64,000 nt of DNA from Candidatus Poribacteria bacterium (lineage in GTDB: Bacteria > Poribacteria > WGA-4E > WGA-3G). Position 1 is the first letter of the stretch, and each line of letters opens with the position of its first letter. The stretch is from NCBI GenBank assembly GCA_965197475.1, contig CBDANF010000003.1:2144001-2208000 (forward strand), read 5' to 3'. This document shows positions 49,175 to 60,300 of this stretch, one piece after another. Made by a program: the position numbers and the translations under genes. Under the pieces are notes generated by a model that worked only from the letters and a program-made list of their open reading frames with translations, did no database searches and was not told the origin of the DNA.

Positions 49175-51762
49175 ATGAGATTAGATAGATTTACAATTAA
49201 AGCACAAGAAGCACTACAAACAGCACAAACTATAGCAACCGAAGCACAAAATCCAGAACTCGGGATTGAGCACCTGATGCTTTCCCTCATCAAACAGGCA
49301 GACGGAATAGTCACACCAATTTTTCAAAAATTAGGGGTGGATATTCAAGGAATTACATCAGCACTTGAGGATGTCGTTCAGAAATCACCAAAAGTCCAGG
49401 GGCAAGTTCGGATCTGCGTATCTCCGCATCCTTACAATCCGTTCTGGAGAATGCTCTCAAAGAGGCAACTACGCTAAAAGATGAATACGTTAGCACTGAG
49501 CATCTCCTTATTGCTTGTGCTGAATCAAAGCAGGGCAAAGCAGGACCAATCCTACGGGATGCTGGTGTAACGAAGGATAAAATCCTCAAAGCACTCGTTG
49601 ACATCCGCGGCACACAGCGAATAACCGATCAAAACCCTGAGGACAAATACCAAGCACTCACCCGATTTGGCAGAGAACTCACGCAAGAAGCGATGTCCGG
49701 TAAACTTGACCCTGTAATCGGCAGAGATGACGAAATTCGTCGCGTGATGCAAGTACTATCCCGCAGACGCAAAAATAATCCTGTACTTATCGGTGAACCG
49801 GGGGTTGGAAAAACCGCTATTGTGGAGGGCTTAGCACAGCGCATTGCCGATGGTGATGTACCAGAAAGTTTGCGGGAGAAACGACTCATCGCGCTGGATT
49901 TAGGCGCGCTCATTGCAGGCAGTAAATACCGTGGTGAATTTGAGGACCGACTCAAAGCGGTTCTTGCTGATGTTGAACAAGCGGAAGGACAGGTTGTCCT
50001 ATTTATTGACGAACTTCATACGATTGTCGGTGCAGGTGCTGCGGAGGGAGCGGTGGATGCATCAAACATGTTGAAACCAGCATTGGCACGCGGCGAATTG
50101 CGATGCATCGGTGCGACCACACTTGATGAATACCGCAAACATATTGAAAAAGATGCCGCTTTGGAACGGCGATTCCAGCCAGTTCAAGTACAGGAACCTT
50201 CTGTTGAAGGGACGATTGCGATTCTACGTGGCTTAAAGGAAAGGTATGAAACACATCACGGCGTTCAGATTCAGGACAATGCTATCGTTGCTGCTGCTAC
50301 CCTTTCAAAGCGGTATATTTCTGATCGCTTTCTGCCAGATAAAGCCGTCGATTTAGTTGATGAAGCAGCGTCTCGATTGCGGATTGAAATTGACAGTGTA
50401 CCAGAGGAAATTGACGAGGTGGAACGCCGTATTATCCAACTCCAAATTGAACAGCAGGCATTAGAAAAAGAGGAGGATGATACATCAAAACAACGCTTAG
50501 AAAACCTGAATGCTGATCTTGCCGAATTAAAAGAGAATGCAGATGCCTTGAAAGCAAGTTGGCAAAACGAGAAAACAAACTTGATACACATTAGAGAGTT
50601 GATGGAGCAGATTGAGGGATTACGTATTGAATCTGAACAAGCAAAACGCACCGGTAACCTCGCCAAAGCATCTGAACTTGAATATGGCAAAATACCTGTG
50701 CTTGAATCGCAACTCAAAACCTTGCGAGAGGCAATTGAGGCAGATGCTAACGGCATACACATGCTAAAGGAACGCGTTAGCGCAGAAGACATCGCTGAAA
50801 TTGTAGCGAAATGGACCGGTATTCCGGTGTATCGCCTCATGGAAGGTGAAACACAAAAACTGCTTCACATGGAAGAACGGTTACGTGAACAGGTAATCGG
50901 GCAGGATGAGGCGGTTTCTGCTGTATCCAACGCCATTCGCCGTTCCCGTGTCGGTCTCGGCGACCCGGAGCAACCACTCGGTTCGTTCCTCTTTATGGGA
51001 CCTACAGGTGTAGGCAAAACACACCTCGCAAAATCACTCGCTGAATTTCTGTTTGATGATGTCAATGCTATGGTGCGAATTGACATGAGCGAATACATGG
51101 AGAAACATACCGTCTCTCGACTTATCGGTGCACCCCCAGGATACGTCGGTTACGACGAAGGTGGGCAGTTGACCGAAGCTGTCAGACGACACCCGTATTG
51201 TGTTATCCTCCTTGACGAAGTTGAAAAAGCACACCCGGAAGTATTCAATATCCTACTCCAGATGCTTGATGATGGTAGAATGACAGATGGGCAAGGACGC
51301 ACGGTGGATTTCAAGAATACGGTTGCTATCATGACCTCTAATATCGGCAGCCAGTGGATTAGCGACACACATCTTGGCACAGAAGAAATTCGGCGTAAGG
51401 TGACGGAAGCTTTACAGACACATTTCCCGCCAGAATTTCTGAACCGTGTTGATGACCTAATCATCTTCAAGCGTCTTGGCATTGAGGAATTGAAGCAGAT
51501 TGTCACACTTGAACTGTCCAAACTAAGCGTTCGATTCGCAGAGAAGGATATGACGCTAACGTTATCTGAATCGGCGAAAGCGGAATTGGTGAACCGTGGT
51601 TTTGATGCGGTTTATGGTGTGAGACCACTTCGGCGGACATTACAGCGCGATATTCTCAATCCGTTGGCAATTGATATACTTGAAGGCAACTTCCGCGATG
51701 GTGATGCCATTGTGGTAGATTTCACGGATGATGAGTTCGTTTTCAGCAATGAAAAAGATTGA
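49175..51762 (+). CDS. clpB: Chaperone ClpB, apparent single-base frameshift at GGGG 49399-49402
   Basis: MRLDRFT N-domain; frame resumes ...KDEYVSTEH; [15 protein letters not shown], two AAA modules, coiled-coil M domain, [12 protein letters not shown]. Confidence 0.95.
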
Positions 51763-51765
51763 TTT

Positions 51766-51790
51766 GTAGAGCGGGTCTTTGTGCCTGCCT
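51766..51790 (+). repeat. Single GTAG-type REP
   Basis: GTAGAGCGGGTCTTTGTGCCTGCCT, related to the REP at 29461. Confidence 0.65.
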
Positions 51791-51798
51791 TCCATTTC

Positions 51799-54141
51799 CT
51801 ACTTCGTTTTCAAATCACCCCATGTTTGGATCAACTTCCCACCGGCAGACACATGTCCTTTCATGCGAACGGTTGCTAATTGCTTCCTGTCTCCAGCATA
51901 AGAGACATCCTCTATCCGATAATAATAGACAACATTTGGTTTGGCAGTAGTATCTGTCCAAGTGTAGGTATTCCGTTCGCCGGTGGTGCCTGCGCCTTGA
52001 ATTAGTGTGGAGTTGACAACCTTGAATTCACCGTCTTTTGTTGGACTGCGGTAGATATAGAACCCTGCATTGTCAATTTCCGATTCGGTTGTCCACTTGA
52101 TCATAACACCTTTCGCTGTGTGTTCGGCACGAAAATAAGACAGAGTAACAGGCAACACACCGCCAAGTGTATACCCAGGATTTCCCACATCTGTAGCATT
52201 TCCAAAATAAGTAGACTTACCCAGTTTTGCATCTACAGCGCGCCGCCAACTTGATGCCTCCGTGCCTACAAGCGGCATCCGAGTCGCATGATGATAAAGC
52301 CTAAGCACCGAATTACGGCTTCCGTTTTCTGTCTTTCCAGAAGGCAATTTCCAAACGGGAGCATCCTGTGTTTGGCTATCACCATCAAGATTGCCAACCG
52401 TGTCAACCACAGTCCCATCCGGTGTTGATAGCTGCAGGAAAAACCCATCCGGACTTAGCACGTTATTACGTCCAAACTTAAATGCAAAATCCGCAATATG
52501 CTGAAGGAAAAAATTATAAATGCGGCTTTCTGGAACATTGGAACTTCCTGCTGTTCCTGATACCAAAAGCACCGTTTGCTTCGGCAAGACAACCAAATCT
52601 TTAAGGGTGAAAACCACATGACGATTCTGTTTACCGTGCCGCGCCTCAATTTTTATTTCCCATCCAGTGAAATTAACCGTTTCCATTGCGGAATTGTTGT
52701 CCAGTTCTATCCACTGCGGCACCGTTCGATTGCCGACTTTGTTGGTAAACATGACCTCGCTTATACTTATCTGTTCAATGCGCGCCTGCCTTACTAATGT
52801 ATCGTTATGGTATCCGGGTGTGCCGGGGCTTGTGTCTTTTGGAGCCGTCGGTTGATATCCAATTCCTACTTGATACCCACTTTCACTCCACGCCGCAACA
52901 GCATATCCTACATATCCGATTGTTGTACGCTGCCATGCTGTCCCCTGTGTTAATGGTTGATCTGCCGAAAACTTGTCATGGAAATATGTTCCTGCCACGT
53001 CTTCAATTGCTTCCTGTGTGTCATTTTTATCCCGCGCACTTCGTAGCAACAGTAGATATGGGATGTTCGGTAATATCAATTTTTCTGCGATCAGATAATC
53101 GTGCTGTGCGCCCCTTCTAATATCCGGTGTTCTGATATTGTGTCCCCGCAGCAGTGTGGTCTCACGCGGATCGGTGTTGGTTATCAGCAAAATCCCGCCA
53201 ACTGGCAGTGTGTAGTCGGGAAATGAGACGACATCAATTTCCGGGTTGACCGTTTTATCTTCACGGGTGATGATGCTAATCTCCCACTCGTTGAGAGAAA
53301 TATCGCTACTGCTGATGTTTCTGAGTTCGACCCAGTCGTTTTTATCGTCAGTTGCGTTACGGATTTCATTAAAAAGCACACCTGTTAATGCGACTTGGGA
53401 TTCGTGCGGCACTGAAGTTTCAAAGTCAATTTCCACGCCCGCGGCAATCAGTTCATGGATTTGAAAAATATTCGTAATCGGGTTATCCGTTATATCTAAT
53501 TCCTCTAAATTCGGCAATAATTTGAGCGGACCTACGCTGCTTATCTGATTGAAGCCAACTAATAAAACCTCTAATTCTGTCAATCCCCGAAGTGCACTGA
53601 CGTACCGAATTTGATTGGATTCAAGGTCTAATTCCACCAGTTGCGTTAACTCTCTAAGCGGGATTAGATTGCTAATTTGATTAGAGCCAAGCAACAACTC
53701 CTCTATTCGTGTTAATTCTGTGAGTGCCGTGATGTTGCTGATTTGGTTGTCCGTGAGCCGCAACGCTGACAGATTTGTTAACCCCGCAAGCGGTGTGATG
53801 TCACTGATCTGATTGGATTCAAGGGATAAGCTTCTTAATTTTGTTAGCTCCGTAAGTGGTGTGAGGTCAGTGATCTGATTGTTGTTTAGATTTACATTTC
53901 TCAGATTTGTTGCGTGTTCCAACCCCGTTAAATCGGTAATTTCTAAACTTTTCGCATTGAGGCTTGTAAGTTGCTGCATCAATTGTTGTGTGATAAGTAT
54001 CTCTTGTGATAACTCAAGCGCGTTCCGCACAGCAGATTCTAAATTCGGGTCGGGGATTGATATCTCCTGTGCATAAGTAGTTCGGTTCAATCCGATGATA
54101 ACAATTAGGACACAAAATATCGTATAAATTCGTTTTGTCAT
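51799..54141 (-). CDS. Secreted LRR + lamin-tail-like domain protein
   Basis: Signal peptide; IPDPNL cap and internalin-like LRRs; two LTD-like units (FNEI...DWVELRN; ISEVM...QWIEL); LPVTLSYF...WTTESE Ig domain; tail GKLIQTWGDLK. Confidence 0.88.
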   Translation of the reverse strand: MTKRIYTIFCVLIVIIGLNRTTYAQEISIPDPNLESAVRNALELSQEILITQQLMQQLTSLNAKSLEITDLTGLEHATNLRNVNLNNNQITDLTPLTELTKLRSLSLESNQISDITPLAGLTNLSALRLTDNQISNITALTELTRIEELLLGSNQISNLIPLRELTQLVELDLESNQIRYVSALRGLTELEVLLVGFNQISSVGPLKLLPNLEELDITDNPITNIFQIHELIAAGVEIDFETSVPHESQVALTGVLFNEIRNATDDKNDWVELRNISSSDISLNEWEISIITREDKTVNPEIDVVSFPDYTLPVGGILLITNTDPRETTLLRGHNIRTPDIRRGAQHDYLIAEKLILPNIPYLLLLRSARDKNDTQEAIEDVAGTYFHDKFSADQPLTQGTAWQRTTIGYVGYAVAAWSESGYQVGIGYQPTAPKDTSPGTPGYHNDTLVRQARIEQISISEVMFTNKVGNRTVPQWIELDNNSAMETVNFTGWEIKIEARHGKQNRHVVFTLKDLVVLPKQTVLLVSGTAGSSNVPESRIYNFFLQHIADFAFKFGRNNVLSPDGFFLQLSTPDGTVVDTVGNLDGDSQTQDAPVWKLPSGKTENGSRNSVLRLYHHATRMPLVGTEASSWRRAVDAKLGKSTYFGNATDVGNPGYTLGGVLPVTLSYFRAEHTAKGVMIKWTTESEIDNAGFYIYRSPTKDGEFKVVNSTLIQGAGTTGERNTYTWTDTTAKPNVVYYYRIEDVSYAGDRKQLATVRMKGHVSAGGKLIQTWGDLKTK

Positions 54142-54172
54142 TTTTTCTCCTTTTGATTTTGTTTGAACATTT

Positions 54173-54347
54173 TGTCTGAACCAGGATTCTCAGGATTATA
54201 GGATTTTCAGGATTGTTGGAAGATAAATGTTTGTGAAACGGATAATCGTTCCACGCTAAAATACCGATTGTTTTTATTGTGAGACTATGACGAGAGCCTG
54301 AGAGTAATCCTGGTAATCTGGTAATCCTGAGAATCCTGGTTCAGACA
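54173..54347. repeat. Inverted-repeat element TGTCTGAACCAGGATT...AATCCTGGTTCAGACA
   Basis: Long terminal IR with 9-10-bp GGATT sub-repeats on both arms. Confidence 0.85.
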
Positions 54348-54349
54348 GA

Positions 54350-54372
54350 CGCGATTCGGAGATCGCTCCTAC
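54350..54372 (-). repeat. GTAG-type REP overlapping a stop codon
   Basis: Minus strand GTAGGAGCGATCTCCGAATCGCG; its TAG is the stop of the giant ORF. Confidence 0.7.
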
Positions 54373-57300
54373 TTTCTTATCAACATCTTTCGTATTTTCG
54401 TCCAATCGCCCGCCTTGAATTTGACGAAATAGAGCCCTGCCGCCACCTTCTCACCGAGATCGTTCTTACCATCCCAATGCGCCGCACGGCTCCGACTATA
54501 ATAGACTCCCGCTGACCGATGCCCCAATGACAATCGCCTAACGACTACACCTTGCACATTGTAGAATGTCAATGCTACATCCGCAGGTTTTGCCAACTGA
54601 TACGGTATCCACGTCTCTGGATTGAACGGGTTGGGGTAGTTGGGGAGCAGTACTGTTTCTGTGGGAGTTGCCTGTGCGGACGGTGCATTGTTGGGATCTG
54701 TTGTGATATCAACACCAGAAATACTTACATCCGGGTTCGCCGCCTTGAGCCTACGGAGTGGTGCAAAATCCGTAATAGAATTTCCGAAGAGAGATACGAA
54801 TGATAGAGAAGTCAAACTCTCAAGTGGTGATACATCGCTGATTTGATTCTGTTGAAGAGACAAAATCTGAACTGATTTTAAATCTTTAAGTGGTCTGATG
54901 TCGCTGATTTGGTTACTATCAAGACTTAACGTTGTGAGTGCGGTCAAATCTTCAAGCGCACTGATGTCACTAATCTGATTATTAGAGAGAAGTAACGTGG
55001 TAAGAGCGGTCAAATCTTCAAGCGCACTGATGTCACTAATCTGATTATTCCAACCCCTTAACGTTGTGAGTGCGGTCAAATCTTCAAGCGCACTGATGCC
55101 ACTGATCTGATTATCAGATAGATATAACCACGTGAGTGCGGTCAAATCTTCAAGCGCACTGATGTCACTGATCTGATTATTAGATAGATATAACCACGTG
55201 AGTGTGGTCAAATCTTCAAGCGCACTGATGTCACTAATCTGATTATTAGATAGATATAACGTTGTGAGTGCGGTCAAATCTTCAAGCGCACTGATGTCAC
55301 TAATCTGATTATTAGATAGATATAACGTTGTGAGTGCGGTCAAATCTTCAAGCGCACTGATGTCACTAATCTGATTTTCATCAAGTCTTAAACTCGTGAG
55401 TGCGGTCAAATCTTCAAGCGCACTGATGCCACTAATCTGATTATTAGATAGATATAACGCTGTGAGTGTGGTCAAATCTTCAAGCGCACTGATGTCACTA
55501 ATCTGATTATTAGATAGATATAACGTTGTAAGTGTGGTCAACTTTTCAAGTGCACTGATGTCACTAATCTGATTACCAGAGAGATTTAACGTCGTGAGAG
55601 ACGTTGCATATTCTAATCCTGTCAGATCACTAATTTGACTTGCGGGAGCATTAAACAATGTTAGTTTTGCTATTGCTGACTGTATCAAGACATCACCTTC
55701 CACTAGTCTAAGGCTAGCGCGAACTGCAGCACGTAAATTGGCATCTGGCATCAAAGTCTCCTCGGGAACAGCAGCATTGACAGTCACGGAAATAGTCTGT
55801 GTTCCAGTTAGTGTGCCATCACTGGCTGTTATCGTGATTGTCGCGCTGCCAGCGGCCACAGGTGTTATTGTTACCACAGCACCGGACACGCTTACGGTTG
55901 CTATGCTGGTATCACTGGAACTTGCGGTATAGGTGAGATTGTCGTTATCCGGATCGTTGAACTTACTGGAGACATCTACCGTCGCCGCGGAACCACCTAC
56001 TGTTACGGACTGATCTGAAATCGTGCCGACTGCCGTAGGTGCCTGATTGGTAACTTGCCCAGCTGAAACAGTCACAGAAATAGTCTGTGTCGCTGTTAGC
56101 GCGCTATCACTTGCGGTAACCGTGATTGTCGCACTCCCCGCCGCTACTGGTGTGATTGTTACCACGGCACCGGATACACTGACAGTAGCAACACCGGTGT
56201 CACCGGAATTCGCTGTATAAGTAAGAGTATCATTATCGGCATCACTGAAGTTGCCGGAAACATCCACTGTTACGGATGAACCACCAACTGTCAGTGTTTG
56301 TGATGTAATCGTGCCGACTGCAACGGGCGCACGGTTGGGAGTAGGCTCTGAGGGAATCGTAATGTCTATATTCACATTTGGATTCGCTACCTTGAGTCTG
56401 CGGAGTGGTCCGTAATCCGTAATCGAATTTCCCGAGAGATATAAGCGTGTTAGAGCAGTCAAATTTTCAAGTGAGGATACATCACTGACTTGATTATTTT
56501 CAAGATCTAAGTGTGTAAGTGCTGTTAGATCTTCAAGCGGACTTAGGTCACTTATTTGATTATTACGGAAACGCAATGTTGTAAGTGCTGTTAGATCTTC
56601 AAGGGGACTAATGTCGCTAATTGAATTCCCCCAGGCATTTAATTGCGTAAGTGCGGTCAAATCTTCAAGCGGACTTAGGTCACTTATTCCAGTCTCATTT
56701 ATATGTAAACGTGTAAGTGCCGACATATCTTCAAGAGGTGTTATACTGCTGATCTGATTGCCAGTGAGTGATAAGTTATTAAGTGCGGTCAAATCTTCAA
56801 GAGAACTAATGTCACTAATTTCATTACCATCCACAGATAAGGTGGTTAGTGCGGTCAAATCTTCAAGGGGCGTGAGATCGCTGATTTCATTGTCAGAGGC
56901 TACTAACCACGTGAGAGCGGTCAAATCTTCAAGGGAGCTAATGTCGCTAATTTGATTGTCAGAGAGATTCAATTGCGTGAGAGATGTCAAATCTTCAAGT
57001 GGACTAAGATTGCTGATTTGATTGTCCCAGAGATATAATGTTTTTAAATTTGCTGCATATTCCAACCCAGTAAGATCCTTTATCTGTTTTTGTTGGGCAA
57101 CTAACCTTGTTAACGACTCCATTGCCTGCTGGGTGAGATCATCGTCTTCCTGTAATGAGAGTGCGGAACGGACTGCTGAGCGTAGAATCGGATCTGGCAT
57201 CCAAGTCTCCTCAGTCACATCGGTAATAACAGAAACCGATATACGCTGTGTTGCAGTCAATGTGTCATGGTTTGCCTCTACCGTCACAATCGCGCTGCCC

Positions 57301-60300
57301 GCTGCCACCTGTGTGATGGTTACCACGCTACCACTCACACTCACAGTTGCAACCGCAGTGTTATCAGATGTCGCATCATAAGTAAGAACGATACTATCTG
57401 GAGATACATTAAAGTATTGTGCTACATTAATAGATCTTGTTGTGCCGCCTGTTGTGAGTGTTTGAGAAGGAATTGTGCCAACTGCTACGACGGTGTTCTC
57501 AATTTCCGGGATACTAATATCTATAGCCACATTCGGATTTTGAAGCTTTAGTCTACTAAGCGGTGACAAATCAGAGATCGGATTCCCGATGAGAGATAAT
57601 GTTCTTAACGATGTCAAACTTTCAAGAGATGTGACATCACTGATATGATTCCGTTGAAGACCTAAATTCGTAAGATTTGTTAAATTTTGAAGGGGTGTTA
57701 TGTCACTGATTTGATTATCATGAAAATATAAAGCCGTAAGTTGAGTCAAATTTTGGATAGATGTTATGTCGCTAATTTGATTATATCCAATAGATAAATG
57801 TCCAAGATTTGTCAAATCTGCAAGGGAACTAATATCGGTAATACTATTTCTATTAAGACTCAAAAATGTTAATGCTGTCAAACTTCCGAGAGGTGTGATA
57901 CTGTTGATTTGATTCGTCCCAAGATGTATGGACGTTAATGTTGACAAATTTTGAAGAGGTGTGACATCGTTGATTTGATTCGTCGTGAGATCTAAACTCG
58001 TGAGAGCAGTTAAATTTTGAAAAGCACTGATGTCACTGATTTGATTATGTGAGACATCTAAGTTCGTGAGTGCTGTCAATTGATTAAGTGGAGTGACATC
58101 GCTAACTTGGTTATTTTCGATCACTAAGGTAGTAAGCGCAGTCAAATTTTGAAGCGCACTGATGTCGCTGATTTGATTCCCGTTAAGATATAACTGTCTT
58201 AGATTCGTTGCACGTTCCAATCCTGTGAGATCACTTATCTGTCTATTGCTTGCATTTAGCCTTGTTAATCCTGTCATTGCATCTTGGGTGAGGGCTACAC
58301 CTGACTGCAAACCGAGTGTGGAGAGTACAGCAGCACGTAAGTTCGCATCTGGGATCCAGGCAGCCTCAGCTACAGGAGTAGTAACAGATACCGAGATGAG
58401 CTGCGTTGCCGTGAATTCGCCATCGCTGGCTACCACGGTAATCGTTGCAATACCAGCATTGACTGGCGTAATTGTTAGCTGGTTCCCTATTATACTCGCT
58501 GTTGCCACTGTCGTGTTATTGGATGTCGCAGTATAGGTAAGTGCGTTGTTTTCAGGATCATTGAAATATAGTTCCATCGGCAAAGTCTTAGCATCATCGT
58601 CAGTTGTGAAATGTTGAGCAGGTATTGTGCTGACGGGTACCGGGGGTTGATTCGCAACAGGAACATTAGTAACAGAAATGGCGATAGTCTGAGATGCTGT
58701 CAACTCACCATCGCTGGCTACCACGGTAATCGTTGCACTACCAGCATTGACTGGCGTAATTGTTAGCTGGTTCCCTGTTATACTCGCTGTTGCTACTGTC
58801 GTGTTATTGGATGTCGCAGTATAGGTAAGTGCGTTGTTTTCAGGATCATTGAAATATAGTTCCATCGGCAAAGTCTTAGCATCATCGTCAGTTGTGAAAT
58901 TTTGCACAGGTATCGTGCTGACAGGTACCGGGGATTGATTGGCAGCAGGTACATTAGTGACAGAGATAGCGATAGTTTGCGTTGCTGTCAACTCACCATC
59001 GCTGGCTGCCACAGTGATGGTTGCACTGCCTGCAGCTACGGGCGTGATTGTGATTTGAGAACCGGACACACTTGCGGTTGCTACACTGGTGTTATTGGAG
59101 TTTACAGAATAGGTAAGCGTATCATTATCCGGGTCTTGGAAGTTACCAGAAACATCTATCTGAATAGAAGAATCACCTTCTGTCAGTGTCCGAGAGGATA
59201 TAGCACCTACGGTGAATGGCGCGCGGTTTACCACAGGAGTAACAGAGATGGTGATAGTCTGAGATGCTATCAACTCACCATCGCTGGCTGCCACAGTGAT
59301 GGTTGCACTGCCTGCGGCTACGGGCGTGATTGTGACTTGAGAACCGGACACGCTTGCGGTTGCTACACTGGTGTTATTGGAGTTTACAGAATAGGTAAGC
59401 GTATCATTATCCGGGTCTTGGAAGTTACCAGAAACATCTATCTGAATAGAAGAATCACCTTCTGTCAGTGTTCGAGAGGATATAGCACCAACGGTGAATG
59501 GCGCGCGGTTTACCACAGGCGCGGCTGTTACCGTGATAGAGATAGTCTGCGTCGCTGTCAACTCACCATCGTTTGCTGTTATGGTGATTTTCGCATTCCC
59601 CGCACTCATAGGTGTTATTGTGATTTGAGAACCGGACACACTTGCGGTTGCTACACTGGTGTTATTGGAGTTTACAGAATAGGTAAGCGTATCATTATCC
59701 GGGTCTTGGAAGTTACCAGAAACATCTATCTGAATAGAAGAATCACCTTCCGTCAATGTCCGAGAGGATATAGCACCTACGGTGAATGGCGCGCGGTTTA
59801 CCACAGGCGCGGCTGTTACCGTGATAGAGATAGTCTGCGTTGCTGTCGACTCACCATCGTTTGCTGTTATGGTGATTTTCGCATTCCCCGCACTCATAGG
59901 TGTTATTGTGATTTGAGAACCGGACACGTTTACCCTTACCACACTTGTGTTACTGGAGCTTGCCGTATAAGTGAGGGTATCATCGTCTGGATCGTTGAAG
60001 TTGCTGGACACATCTATAACTATTGCGGAATCGTTGACTGCTAACGTCCGATCAGAAATCGTGCCGATTGCTACCGGCGCATTGTTGGAGACCTCAGGAA
60101 TGTCAATATCTATAGACATCGCTGGATTTTTTGTCTTGAGGTTACGGAGCGGTGCAAAATCAGCTATCGGATTATACTTAAGATACAAGAACCTTAGTGC
60201 TGCCAAGTTTTCAAGTGGCATGACATCTTTGATTTGATTGTCAGTGAGATTTAGGCTCGTAAGCGATATCAGATTTTTGAGTGGCTCAATGTCAACGATT

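Noticed and set aside
49020-49175. CIRCE/HrcA operator before clpB
   Set aside because: No TTAGCACTC-N9-GAGTGCTAA; the inverted repeat here is a MITE end pair
54900-55590. Repeat-spacer-like array suggesting CRISPR
   Set aside because: Period is 66 bp (22 codons), in frame in an LRR gene; the variable parts are related to each other; no cas genes
58902-60044. 380-aa plus-strand ORF
   Set aside because: Antisense shadow of the Ig repeats with implausible Arg/Cys/Tyr-rich composition
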